From: an uncultured Chloroflexia bacterium
GTDB lineage: Bacteria; Chloroflexota; Ktedonobacteria; Ktedonobacterales; JADMIN01
DNA length: 32,000 nucleotides
NCBI GenBank assembly: GCA_963718915.1
Contig: CAVRAI010000015.1
Location: 990,001 to 1,022,000 of the forward strand
Reading direction: 5' to 3'
Below, piece after piece: positions 1 to 8,897 of the stretch; position 1 is the first letter of the stretch; each line of letters opens with the position of its first letter. The notes under the pieces are model-generated. The model searched no databases and was not told the origin of the DNA. It was given only the letters and a program-made list of their open reading frames with translations. Position numbers and translations under genes: made by a program.

Positions 1-869
1 CGGTTGCGAAAGACTGGCGCGATCACATTCTTGACGAACTGTGCCGAAATTGGCCCGCGGATCTGCGCGGCGAATGGCAACACCGGCACGTCGGCCAATT
101 GCATCATGGCGACCGTGCCATCGCTATGATATCTGCCGCCATCGCCGTTATCGCGCTGAATTTCGTGCCCGAAGCCACGGGCATACTCGACGTGTACGAC
201 CCAGCCCGTCGCCGAGAGATCTTCGACCAGAAAGTCACGCTCGATATCCACATCAGGCGAAATCAGATGGGTGGGCATGTGGGTGCGTGGTGAGAGCGCC
301 ACTCTAATGTCTTTCGTCGCTCCGCCAACCCAGAGCGGCCGCCCATTCTTGTCGGGGACGGACGTTTTCCAGAAGCGGACGTGATCGCGCTCGCGCACGC
401 TACGGCCAGGCTGCTCGAAGGCGATATCCTGGCGGCGGCCAAAGAGATAGAGGTTGCTGACGGGCGCCGTGCTATATTTGCGCGCTAGCAGCGAATCAAT
501 CGAGATGCGCAATGCGGTGATGAAGGTGATTTCGTCGGCGCGGTACCAGCCAGCGTTGGCAAAAGCCGCGCCAAGCTGCGTTTCGGACGCCACCACGCGC
601 ACATTCAAGGGGTCGCCAGGCACGCCGTTGCGGCGAAAGCTGGTGAGTGGTAGCGGATCCTGCTTAGCAGCGGAGATGCGGCGGCCCTCGCGGCCGACAC
701 TGCGAAGACGGCGCCCAACACGTATCGTGCGCGCCACAAATAGCACGAGCAGTGTGAGGATCAGCGCCAGAGCAATATTGATTGCGATGATAACGGGGGT
801 AGAGAATCCCTGCATCTGGCTGGGCAGGTCAATGGGGAATGGGAATGCGAACAGCATCATAGCGCCCAT
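1..869 (-). CDS. LssY-like C-terminal domain membrane protein (partial; 3' end runs off the left edge)
   Basis: Not in the ORF track because there is no stop in the window. My minus-strand translation from ATG 869 reads MGAMMLFAFPFPIDLPSQMQGFSTPVIIAINIALALILTLLVLFVARTIR...NLYLFGRRQDIAFEQPGRSVRERDHVRFWKT..., open to position 3. It has an N-terminal TM helix and an ERDHxRxW-type motif typical of LssY_C proteins. GGAAGAGGAGAG RBS upstream. Confidence 0.6.
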   Translation of the reverse strand, partial: MGAMMLFAFPFPIDLPSQMQGFSTPVIIAINIALALILTLLVLFVARTIRVGRRLRSVGREGRRISAAKQDPLPLTSFRRNGVPGDPLNVRVVASETQLGAAFANAGWYRADEITFITALRISIDSLLARKYSTAPVSNLYLFGRRQDIAFEQPGRSVRERDHVRFWKTSVPDKNGRPLWVGGATKDIRVALSPRTHMPTHLISPDVDIERDFLVEDLSATGWVVHVEYARGFGHEIQRDNGDGGRYHSDGTVAMMQLADVPVLPFAAQIRGPISAQFVKNVIAPVFRN

Positions 870-956
870 AGAATCTCTCCTCTTCCAGGCTAATGAACTG
901 GCCGTGGATGTTGAAGACATTGTACAGGCGCAACGCTCGCTCGAAAAGGAGCAAAT

Positions 957-2447
957 TCACACTATTTTTGGCGATTGGTGGCGTTTCATATTCGTCTGCT
1001 GTGGCTGTGGCGTCGCCTGCTGATCGCGTACCCGCTGGCGGTGCGCTGCTCGTCGGCGAGCTACGGGCGTGACACGCCACGGCGCGAAGGCCGCGACAAT
1101 CTGCCGTGGCAGCGTGCCCTCGATCAGTGTGCCTGTCTCCTGGGCCTCCTGCCGCATGACATGGCCGCGCCGATGAAACACCTCGACCATATCGCCTCGG
1201 TCGTAGGGTAGCAACACCGTGTAGCGTACCATCTCGTCGGCAAGCACCTCGCTGAGTTTGCGCAAGAGCAGATCAAGATTCGTCCCGGTGCGCGCTGATA
1301 CCGCGACAGCATTGGGATAGAGCGAAAGGTCAACCTCGTCGGGATTATCGAGCAGGTCGACTTTGTTGAGCGCCGTAATACGCGGCTTCTCGGCAGCGCC
1401 TAGCTCGCGCAATACGTCGTCTACCGTCTGGCTCTGCTCGATGGCGTTCTCATGCGTGGCATCCACCACTTCCAGCAGCACATCCGCCTCGACGACCTCT
1501 TCGAGTGTCCCGCGGAACGCCGCGACGAGCGTCGTCGGCAGCTTCTGGATGAAGCCGACGGTATCAGTCAGCAGCACCTCCTGGTGGCTGGGCAGCGTAA
1601 GGTAACGGGTTGTCGGGTCAAGGGTGGCGAAGAGCTTGTTCTCAGCCAGCACCGACGCCGCGGTAAGCTTGTTGAAGAGCGTGGACTTGCCCGCATTGGT
1701 ATAGCCCACCACCGCGACGACTGGAATGGCGCGTGCCTCGCGCTGTTGTCGCTGCAGACTGCGTTGCTGGCGGACTAACCCAAGATCCCGGTGCAGTTCG
1801 GCAATGCGCGCGCGGATTCTGCGGCGGTCAATCTCCAGCTTTGTCTCGCCGGGGCCGCGTACGCCAATCGCGCCGCCAACGCCACCACCGCCAGACCCAC
1901 GCGAGCCACCGCCCAGGCGCGACAACTCGCCGCGCGCGCTACCGGCAAGCCGTGGCAGACGGTACTCGAGTTGGGCCAGTTCAACCTGAAGCTGTCCCTC
2001 GCGGGTGCGAGCGTGTTGCGCGAAGATATCGAGAATGAGCGCGGTGCGGTCGATCACGCGCGCGCCCACGGTCTTCTCAAGGTTGCGCTGCTGCGTTGGC
2101 GCAAGTTCGTCATCCACGATCAATAGGGAGAAGTCCAACTCATCGCGAAGCAGTGCCAGTTCTTGCGCGCGTCCTTTACCGACGTAGAGGGTCGGATTCA
2201 CCGACTTCAGCCGCTGAACTCCCGAGCCGACAACCTCCGCACCAGCCGTGCGCGCCAGCGCTGCCAGCTCCTCCAGCGAATCATCGGCGCTCCAGAGCGA
2301 CTCCTCGCTCTCGTTGTCTACCGCGATGAGATACGCGCGTTCTGGACGTTGCTCCGCGCGCAGGTTGATGACGCGTTCGTTTTTTGCCGTAAGCGGTTCC
2401 TCCCCAAAAAGCTGTTGCGCCAACGAGAATTGGAAGCACAGCGGCAT
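957..2447 (-). CDS. hflX: GTPase HflX
   Basis: HflX N-terminal domain, then G motifs: VAVVGYTNAGKSTLFN (G1), DTVGF (G3), NKVD (G4). The ORF is open up to a TTG at 2597. ATG at 2447 (MPLCFQ...) is a plausible start; the start is uncertain. Confidence 0.9.
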   Translation of the reverse strand: MPLCFQFSLAQQLFGEEPLTAKNERVINLRAEQRPERAYLIAVDNESEESLWSADDSLEELAALARTAGAEVVGSGVQRLKSVNPTLYVGKGRAQELALLRDELDFSLLIVDDELAPTQQRNLEKTVGARVIDRTALILDIFAQHARTREGQLQVELAQLEYRLPRLAGSARGELSRLGGGSRGSGGGGVGGAIGVRGPGETKLEIDRRRIRARIAELHRDLGLVRQQRSLQRQQREARAIPVVAVVGYTNAGKSTLFNKLTAASVLAENKLFATLDPTTRYLTLPSHQEVLLTDTVGFIQKLPTTLVAAFRGTLEEVVEADVLLEVVDATHENAIEQSQTVDDVLRELGAAEKPRITALNKVDLLDNPDEVDLSLYPNAVAVSARTGTNLDLLLRKLSEVLADEMVRYTVLLPYDRGDMVEVFHRRGHVMRQEAQETGTLIEGTLPRQIVAAFAPWRVTPVARRRAAHRQRVRDQQATPQPQQTNMKRHQSPKIV

Positions 2448-2611
2448 TGTATCACCAGGAACAGGATGCCCCACAAGGCAGAAATCTTGCGGAGAATATC
2501 TGCCCATTCCTGACGAGCGCGATGAAACAAGGCTGTTGCGCGGAAAATGCGGAGGCCGACGAGGCATGATACCCCATCGGCTACTCTGCCTGTGCAAACC
2601 CTGTGAATCTT

Positions 2612-3652
2612 CTACATCAGCCCAGCCATCAGTGCATCGAGCGCGCTGCGTGAGGGGCGAAGCTTGTCCGCGTCCATGTGCGCCAGTGGCGTCTCGGGCA
2701 GCCGCTCAAGTTCGGCCAGCGACGGGCGCTCCTCATTGATGTAGATCAGACCCGTGATGAACTCCTGCTTCTCCTTGGCCTCGTCGAGCAGGCGCATCGC
2801 TGCCATACGGTCGCGCGGGTCATGGCTGGCATCGAGCTTTTTGAGGTGGATGACCGCGCCATCGTGCATCGTCACATCGGCGCTCTCGCCCTCTTCGTAG
2901 TCCACGGTGATTTCATCGCGGAACGGGATGAAGCTGAAGTCCGAGACGACCTCCTCGTGCGCCTTGCCCCACGCATAGCTCTTGGTGGAGTCCTCATGGT
3001 CGTTGAATGAAACGCAGGGGCTGATAATGTCCAGTATCGCTGTTCCGCGGTGGCTGAGAGCCGCCTTCAGCAGCGACTCTACCTGGCGTGGATCGCCAGC
3101 GAACGACCGCGCCACAAAGCCGCAGTCGGCGATGAGCGCCTCCATACAGACATCGATGGGAGGTAGCTCGTTCAGCCCGGCATACTTGAGCTGCTGACCC
3201 TCGTCCGCTGTGGCCGAGAACTGGCCCTTGGTCAGCCCATAGACGCCGTTATTCTCAACGATATAGACCACCGGCACATTACGGCGCACCATGTGGATGT
3301 ACTGGCCGAGGCCGATGCTGCCAGTATCACCATCGCCGCTGATGCCAATCGCCTTGAGCGTGTGGTTGGCGAGCAACGCGCCAGTGGCCATCGAAGGCAT
3401 ACGCCCATGCAGCCCATTGAAGCCATGAGACTGATTGAGGAAGTAGGCTGGCGTCTTGCTGGAGCAGCCGATACCACTCAGCTTGATGACCTGCGATGGC
3501 TTCAGCGCCAGGTCATAGGCGACGGAGATGATGCGCACCGAGATCGAGTCGTGGCCACAGCCCTTGCAGAGCGTAGACGCGCGTCCCTTGTAGTCGTTTT
3601 TCGTCAGGCCGATCAGATTCGTGCCTTGGGCCGGAGGTTCCTGGATTGCCAT
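2612..3652 (-). CDS. korB: 2-oxoacid:ferredoxin oxidoreductase, beta (TPP-binding) subunit
   Basis: CKGCGHDSI, GIGCSS, GDGDTGSIG (TPP/Mg motif) and VENNGVYGLTKGQ. The ORF extends to 3727, but ATG 3652 (MAIQEPP...) lies 11 nt after the alpha-subunit stop. Confidence 0.9.
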   Translation of the reverse strand: MAIQEPPAQGTNLIGLTKNDYKGRASTLCKGCGHDSISVRIISVAYDLALKPSQVIKLSGIGCSSKTPAYFLNQSHGFNGLHGRMPSMATGALLANHTLKAIGISGDGDTGSIGLGQYIHMVRRNVPVVYIVENNGVYGLTKGQFSATADEGQQLKYAGLNELPPIDVCMEALIADCGFVARSFAGDPRQVESLLKAALSHRGTAILDIISPCVSFNDHEDSTKSYAWGKAHEEVVSDFSFIPFRDEITVDYEEGESADVTMHDGAVIHLKKLDASHDPRDRMAAMRLLDEAKEKQEFITGLIYINEERPSLAELERLPETPLAHMDADKLRPSRSALDALMAGLM

Positions 3653-3663
3653 CGCTATCGCTC

Positions 3664-5499
3664 CTATCGCTCTTGCTCGAGAATGGACTGTGCGATCCAG
3701 CGACCTGTCAGCGGCAGGCCATCGCACTGGTTGACGGATTTCAGATGGGCGGCGTGCGCGGGCGCCTCGGTCAGCAGGATCTTCGCCATCTGCCCATCGA
3801 AATTGTTTTCGACAATGTAGTGCCGCGGATACTTCGCAACAAATTGCTGGAATTCGTCGGTGGTGGGCAGGGCGCGTAGCCGCAGATAGCTCGTCTGGAT
3901 CCCACGGCTCGCCAGCATGCTCCGCGCTTCGGCGATGGCGGAGTCGTTTGAGCCGTACGAGATGATGCCTATCTCAGCGCCAGCGACTTCGTCGAGAACC
4001 GGTTTCGGTACCAGCGTTCTCGCGTGCTCGAACTTGCGGTGCAGTCGGGCTAGATTCGCCTGCCATTCGTCGGCGCGCTCGGTGTATTGCGCCTCGGCAT
4101 TATGACCGCTGCCGCGAGTGAAGTATGCCGCGTACGGGCTATCAGTGCCAGGAATGGTGCGATAGCCGACGCCGTCGCCGTCCACGTCCTCATAGCGATG
4201 GAATCCGCCAAGCTTGTTCAGTTCTTCCGCGCTCAGCACCTTGCCGCGGTCAAATGGTTTGTCGGGATAGGTAAACGGTTGGCTCATCCAGAGGTTCATG
4301 CCCAAATCGAGGTCACTCAGCACAAAGATCGGCGTCTGAAGCCGCTCAGCCAGGTCGAACGCGCGCCAGCCGCTCTCGAAGCACTCCTCCATGTTCGCCG
4401 GGAGCAGCAGCACATGGCGGGTATCGCCGTGGCCCAGGTAATAGGCCATCAGGATATCGCCCTGCGAGGTGCGCGTTGGCAGGCCGGTACTTGGCCCCAT
4501 ACGCTGGATGTCCCAAATGACGGCAGGCACTTCGGCAAAGTGGGCATAGCCCGCATATTCTGTCATCAGGGAGATGCCCGGCCCGGAGGTTGAGGTCATC
4601 GCCCGCGCGCCAGCCCAGCCCGCGCCGACCACCATGCCAATCGCGGCAATCTCGTCTTCCGCCTGGACGATAGCGTACGTATGTTCGCTTGTTTCTTTAT
4701 TGACGCGCAGGTCTTTCGCGTAATCTGTCAGCGCATCCACCAGGCTGGTGGAGGGGGTAATCGGATACCAGGCGACGACACTCACGCCACCAAAGACCGC
4801 GCCCAATGCTCCGGACGAGTTACCGTTGACCAGAATCTTGCCCGCTGTCTTGTTTGACCGCTGCACCCGGAACGGATCGCGCTTGGTGATATTTGTTCGT
4901 GTATACTCGATGGCCGCCTTGACCACGCCGAAGTTGAGATCGACCGCCTTGCGCTTGCCGCCGAAATGGTTCATCAGCGCAGCCTCGATCTCATCCGCGT
5001 CGATGCCCAGCAATTCGACGAGCGCGCCCACATAGGCCATGTTGGCGACATAGGGACGCAGGTCGGCGTTCGCGCCTGAGTCTTTAGCCATCTGCTGTAC
5101 AGGCAGGGTGTAGTAGGTGACATCGCTGCGATCTTCGGGGTGCTTCCACTCGCTGGGGAGGATGACCACACCACCAGACGAGACCTTGGAAATATCCTCG
5201 GCGGCGGTGCTGCGATTCAACGCCACCAGCACCTCGCAGGTATCGCGCCGCCCGACGAATCCATCCTCACTCAGGCGAATCTGAAACCAGGTCGGCAAAC
5301 CCTGGATGTTGGAGGGGAAGAGGTTTTTGCCCGTCACCGGAATGCCCATTTTGAAGAGCGCACGGAGAAGGCAGTTGTTCGCGGTCTGGCTGCCTGAACC
5401 GTTCACGGTCGCGGCCACGATGACGAAGTTATTGATCCCCGCCGGACTGTCCTCGATGTCCGTGACCTGCGGGCCACGTTGCACGCTTGTAGTACTCAT
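3664..5499 (-). CDS. korA: 2-oxoacid:ferredoxin oxidoreductase, alpha subunit (fused alpha/gamma type, 611 aa)
   Basis: Length and motifs of the KorA/OorA family (VAWYPITPSTS, GPGISLM). Directly upstream of the beta subunit in the same orientation. Confidence 0.9.
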   Translation of the reverse strand: MSTTSVQRGPQVTDIEDSPAGINNFVIVAATVNGSGSQTANNCLLRALFKMGIPVTGKNLFPSNIQGLPTWFQIRLSEDGFVGRRDTCEVLVALNRSTAAEDISKVSSGGVVILPSEWKHPEDRSDVTYYTLPVQQMAKDSGANADLRPYVANMAYVGALVELLGIDADEIEAALMNHFGGKRKAVDLNFGVVKAAIEYTRTNITKRDPFRVQRSNKTAGKILVNGNSSGALGAVFGGVSVVAWYPITPSTSLVDALTDYAKDLRVNKETSEHTYAIVQAEDEIAAIGMVVGAGWAGARAMTSTSGPGISLMTEYAGYAHFAEVPAVIWDIQRMGPSTGLPTRTSQGDILMAYYLGHGDTRHVLLLPANMEECFESGWRAFDLAERLQTPIFVLSDLDLGMNLWMSQPFTYPDKPFDRGKVLSAEELNKLGGFHRYEDVDGDGVGYRTIPGTDSPYAAYFTRGSGHNAEAQYTERADEWQANLARLHRKFEHARTLVPKPVLDEVAGAEIGIISYGSNDSAIAEARSMLASRGIQTSYLRLRALPTTDEFQQFVAKYPRHYIVENNFDGQMAKILLTEAPAHAAHLKSVNQCDGLPLTGRWIAQSILEQER

Positions 5500-5830
5500 C
5501 TACAGGGCTGCCTTTCTGCCTTTCTTTCCTGCTCACCTGGACGTTTTGCGCCCGTTGTAGCATAGCTCCATACCGCTCGCGCCCGGAGTTACCGTGGTGC
5601 GCTGCTGGCTGAGAAGAATAAATGAAGATGAAAATGCCACCGCCGCCCAATCATTGCTGATGTGCATCGTATGCGATGCCACATGTCTTCCGCACGAGAG
5701 AGCGCCAGTATCCTGCCCGGAGAATCCCATAAGCAGAATCATCCTCAGACGTGCCGACTATCATATTATATCGCGTCTGCCGCAATAACTTCTGGCAAGC
5801 GTTACCAGCTTGTTGTTTTATGTCAGTTAT

Positions 5831-6056
5831 CTCAACCGAGCGGAAGACCCCCTGCCTTCAGGCACGGGGATTGCAGCGAGTCCTTGTTTGTGATATACAT
5901 GCAACATACCGTAGGGCCTACGGAAATCGACGCCTGTGGAGCGGTGGTGACAACCAAGCCACCAATGCTCGTGTAAGACCGGTGATGAGGCTTTTGCCCA
6001 AGTCGGCAGTGAGCAGCCCAGGAATCCCCCCTGGCTTCAGCCGTGGGGAGGGTCAA
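5831..6056 (+). mobile_element. Miniature protein-less IS200/IS605-like element (PATE-like) with LE-type and RE-type hairpins
   Basis: Hairpin H1 5848-5869 (CCCCCTGCC-TTCA-GGCACGGGG). Hairpin H2 6026-6048 (CCCCCCTGGC-TTCA-GCCGTGGGG), preceded by GAAT and followed by AGGG-TCAA (6053-6056). TTAT at 5827-5830 lies 13 nt upstream of AAGA at the H1 foot. The hairpin tops match the LE (GCC-TTCA-GGC) and RE (GGC-TTTA-GCC) hairpins of the full IS605-type element at 28958-30693. No credible ORF inside. Confidence 0.4.
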
Positions 6057-6093
6057 AGAAAAGAATACCCGCCCCGTTACGCAAAGGGGCGGA
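6053..6093 (-). terminator. Rho-independent terminator of the grpE-dnaJ operon
   Basis: Minus strand reads CCGCCCC-TTTGCGTAAC-GGGGCGG followed by GTATTCTTTTCTTTG. It starts about 38 nt after the dnaJ stop. Confidence 0.55.
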
Positions 6094-6130
6094 TACATGA
6101 CCATTCTATGCTGGGCAACGTCAGGTAGCG

Positions 6131-7147
6131 TCAGGCAGTTGGGCGTAGTTGCGCCAGTTGCTCGAAGAGTTGCTTCTCTTGCGGGGAGAGCCGCTGAGGC
6201 AGCACGACCTGCACTCGCACCAGCAGATTGCCAAAGCCGCCGTCGCGCCGTTTAGGCATCCCTTTGCCCCCCAGACGGAAAGTCTGGCCATTCTGTGTCT
6301 CTGGCGGAATGGTGAGCATTACCCGCTTGCCGTCCAGTGTCTCCACACGCGCCTCGCCCCCCAGCACCGCGATCGAGAGCGGCACCTGAACATCGGTGAG
6401 CAGGTCATCGCCCTTCCGCTCGAAATTGGGATCAGGCGCCATCGTCACCAGCAAAAAAAGATCGCCCGCCGGGCCGCCGCCTACGCCTGGTTGTCCCGCC
6501 CCTTTCACACGTACCTTTGAGCCGGTGTCTACCCCTGGCGGGATTTGCACCTCCAGCTTGCGCGTGCGGCTGGTTGTGCCTATACCGCCACATGTCGCGC
6601 AGACGCGCGTGCCCACGAAGCCCGTGCCGTGGCAGACCGGACACGGTTCGGTCACTTCTACGGTGAAGGAACGACTTGTTCCAGCGAAGGCATCGCGCAG
6701 CGAGATTTCGATGGGCTGCTCAATGTTCTCGCCGGATTGTGCGGTGGGTGTTTCGGGACGCCGTGCCGTGTTTGGGTGCGCGCCGGTATCCGTTGAGGTG
6801 CGTCTGTTGCCTCGCCCGAAGAGCGTCTCGAAAAAGTCGGAGAAGCCCGTCGGGTCCGCATAGTCCGGTGGTACGGTAGTGGTGGTGCGGCCACGGGCTC
6901 CACCGGGCCGGGCCGTCCCGCCGAAGATATCCTGAAATCCTGGAGAGTCGTACTTACGCCGCTTCTCTGGATCGGACAGCACCTCGTACGCCTCGTTGAT
7001 TTCTTTGAAACGAGCCTCAGCGGTCTTATTGCCCGGATTGACATCGGGGTGATATTTGCGCGCCAGCTTCCGGTAGGCCTTCTTGATATCCTCGGTATCC
7101 GCGGACTTGCTGACGCCCAGAATCTTGTAATAGTCTTTCGAGTCCAT
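6131..7147 (-). CDS. dnaJ: DnaJ-family co-chaperone (J domain, G/F region, reduced zinc-finger region, C-terminal substrate-binding domains)
   Basis: DYYKILGV...[15 protein letters not shown] (HPD motif). Only two CxxCxGxG motifs ([16 protein letters not shown]). Confidence 0.9.
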   Translation of the reverse strand: MDSKDYYKILGVSKSADTEDIKKAYRKLARKYHPDVNPGNKTAEARFKEINEAYEVLSDPEKRRKYDSPGFQDIFGGTARPGGARGRTTTTVPPDYADPTGFSDFFETLFGRGNRRTSTDTGAHPNTARRPETPTAQSGENIEQPIEISLRDAFAGTSRSFTVEVTEPCPVCHGTGFVGTRVCATCGGIGTTSRTRKLEVQIPPGVDTGSKVRVKGAGQPGVGGGPAGDLFLLVTMAPDPNFERKGDDLLTDVQVPLSIAVLGGEARVETLDGKRVMLTIPPETQNGQTFRLGGKGMPKRRDGGFGNLLVRVQVVLPQRLSPQEKQLFEQLAQLRPTA

Positions 7148-7181
7148 GCGCTCTTACCGCTGCTCCAGTAATCGCTCAGGC

Positions 7182-7754
7182 TCAGGCGTCTGTGCCTGAG
7201 CTAACCTTCACGCGCGCCGGACGAAGGGTGTCATCGCCCTGCTTATACCCTTTACGCACTTCCTCGACGACGGTTCCTTCGCCATAGGCATCCGACGCCA
7301 CCTGCTCGATGGCCTCATGCACATACGGGTCGAACGGCTCGCCCACCGTGGGCACGACCGAGAGGCCTTCGTTCTTGATCATTTCGTTCAACTGCCAGTG
7401 CAGCATGCGGACGACCTGCTGTAAGCCGTCGCGGTCCATTGTGTCCTGGTGCGCCACGGCGCGCTCCACGTTATCGAGTGTCTCCAGCACTGCGAGCAGC
7501 ACATCACGCTTGGCGCGACGCTCGCGATCCTGCATCATGCGCTCCTGGCGCTTGCGGAAGTTCTCGCGCTCCGCATACTCGCGGAGAAACTTGTCCTTGT
7601 ATTCTGTTGCCTCGGCGCGCGCTGCTGCCAGGGCCGCCCGCAAGTCGCCCGTACCGCCCGCGGTGGCGTTCGCGTCCGTGGTTGGCTGTTCCTCGAATTC
7701 CATTGCGCCGGTATCCTCTGCGTCGCCGTTGTGTGTCGTCATTCCCATCCTCAT
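7182..7754 (-). CDS. grpE: Nucleotide exchange factor GrpE
   Basis: Coiled-coil N-terminal part and GrpE C-terminal signature (FDPYVHEAI...GYKQGDDTLRPARVKVS). Three in-frame ATGs lie at the 5' end; GAGGA precedes the third (7742). Confidence 0.9.
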   Translation of the reverse strand: MRMGMTTHNGDAEDTGAMEFEEQPTTDANATAGGTGDLRAALAAARAEATEYKDKFLREYAERENFRKRQERMMQDRERRAKRDVLLAVLETLDNVERAVAHQDTMDRDGLQQVVRMLHWQLNEMIKNEGLSVVPTVGEPFDPYVHEAIEQVASDAYGEGTVVEEVRKGYKQGDDTLRPARVKVSSGTDA

Positions 7755-7994
7755 TTGCTATGCGTGTATGCCGAGCGCATCGAAATGCGCCGCCGGTTCA
7801 GATATCTCATCTATTCAAGGCTCTGGATGCGCGGTCTCAGCCACTGGAGGTTGTCTGGGAAACACACGCGGAAGCCAATTTCTGGCCAGTTTTCGCCAGC
7901 ATTACCTCTGGCAGTATAGGCGCACCAATAAAAACCTGTCAAACAAACACACCAGTAGCTTGTGAGTTGTCCTCGTCATCCACGGATGTCCTCG

Positions 7995-8018
7995 CGCGTA
8001 TCACACCGCGTATCACAC
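7995..8018. repeat. Tandem 12-bp direct repeat CGCGTATCACAC x2 in the grpE / zinc-finger-gene divergent intergenic region
   Basis: Exact duplication read directly. An inverted copy of the GTATCAC core (GTGATAC) lies at 8055-8061. Confidence 0.6.
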
Positions 8019-8236
8019 TATGGACAAAGCAAGTGCGCAGGCACGACCGCGCACGTGATACTATGCGGGTGGTCAAAGCTATCCAAGTCCCCAGAAGTCT
8101 GTGTGTCAGGTCGGGTCAGGGACGACTTTGTGGGGATGGCGTTCCTCAGCGTCGTGGCCTTCGTTGTAGCGGGTAGAACCGCTGGGCAATGGGAGTCGAA
8201 TGCAGGCGGGATGTGCAGGTTTTAAGGAGCATTACA

Positions 8237-8671
8237 GTGGATCGCATGGGCCATCAGAGTGAGACGGACGCCACCAGCGACGGCGAACCCCATCAACGAA
8301 CGCCTGGCAGGTCTGGCGCGCGAGTCGGACGAATGCGCGGCGTGAGCGTCCGTCTCGAGACGCCATACAGCCGGGCACGGGCGCTGGTCACGGCAATCAA
8401 TCGCCTTGAACAGGAACATGTCGCATTGCTGCTGGCGTTGTGCGAGCTGGAAGATTCGTCCGCGACGAGCGAGGATGCCGTGTTGCATAGCGCATTAAAC
8501 CAGCTATTGCGAGAGGAGTTGCGTCAGACACAACATGCCCTTCAGTGTGCGTCGCAGGGCACATATGGCGTCTGCGAAGTATGCCACCAGCCGCTCTCAC
8601 GCCGCCACCTGTCGTTGCATCCAGCAATGACACGCTGCTGGACCTGCGCTGGCCGGATGCCACGCGATTAG
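8237..8671 (+). CDS. TraR/DksA-family C4 zinc-finger protein
   Basis: C-terminal CEVCHQPLSRRHLSLHPAMTRCWTCAG (CxxC...CxxC) after a helical region. AAGGAG at 8224-8229 precedes GTG 8237. The ORF track start at 8189 is less likely. Confidence 0.6.
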   Translation: MDRMGHQSETDATSDGEPHQRTPGRSGARVGRMRGVSVRLETPYSRARALVTAINRLEQEHVALLLALCELEDSSATSEDAVLHSALNQLLREELRQTQHALQCASQGTYGVCEVCHQPLSRRHLSLHPAMTRCWTCAGRMPRD

Positions 8672-8897
8672 CCCGTTTTCTCGCTGGTGTTTGGCTGCAT
8701 TTCCCGCGTCGCTCACGCGCAATTTTTCTATACTCTCATAACTCTGATAACTCTCATATCTCACGATGCTGTTCGCACGTCCGTAATAGCAACCGTCAGG
8801 CTATATACAGCGTAGATGGCAGTGGTATACTAGCGGTCAGGCAACAGGAACCTGGCGCTACAGGTTCAGTGCCAGCAAGTGGGTCAGGAGAGAAAGT

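Noticed and set aside
454-1023. 189-aa plus-strand ORF at the left end
   Set aside because: The opposite strand encodes a coherent LssY-like protein with a TM helix and an ERDHVRFW motif. The plus-strand ORF also runs across the intergenic gap into hflX and has a Ser/Arg-rich, non-protein-like composition.
7755-8236. Search for CIRCE or HAIR heat-shock operators upstream of grpE
   Set aside because: No TTAGCACTC-N9-GAGTGCTAA or CTTGAGT-N7-ACTCAAG was found. CTTGTGAGT near 7959 has no inverted partner.
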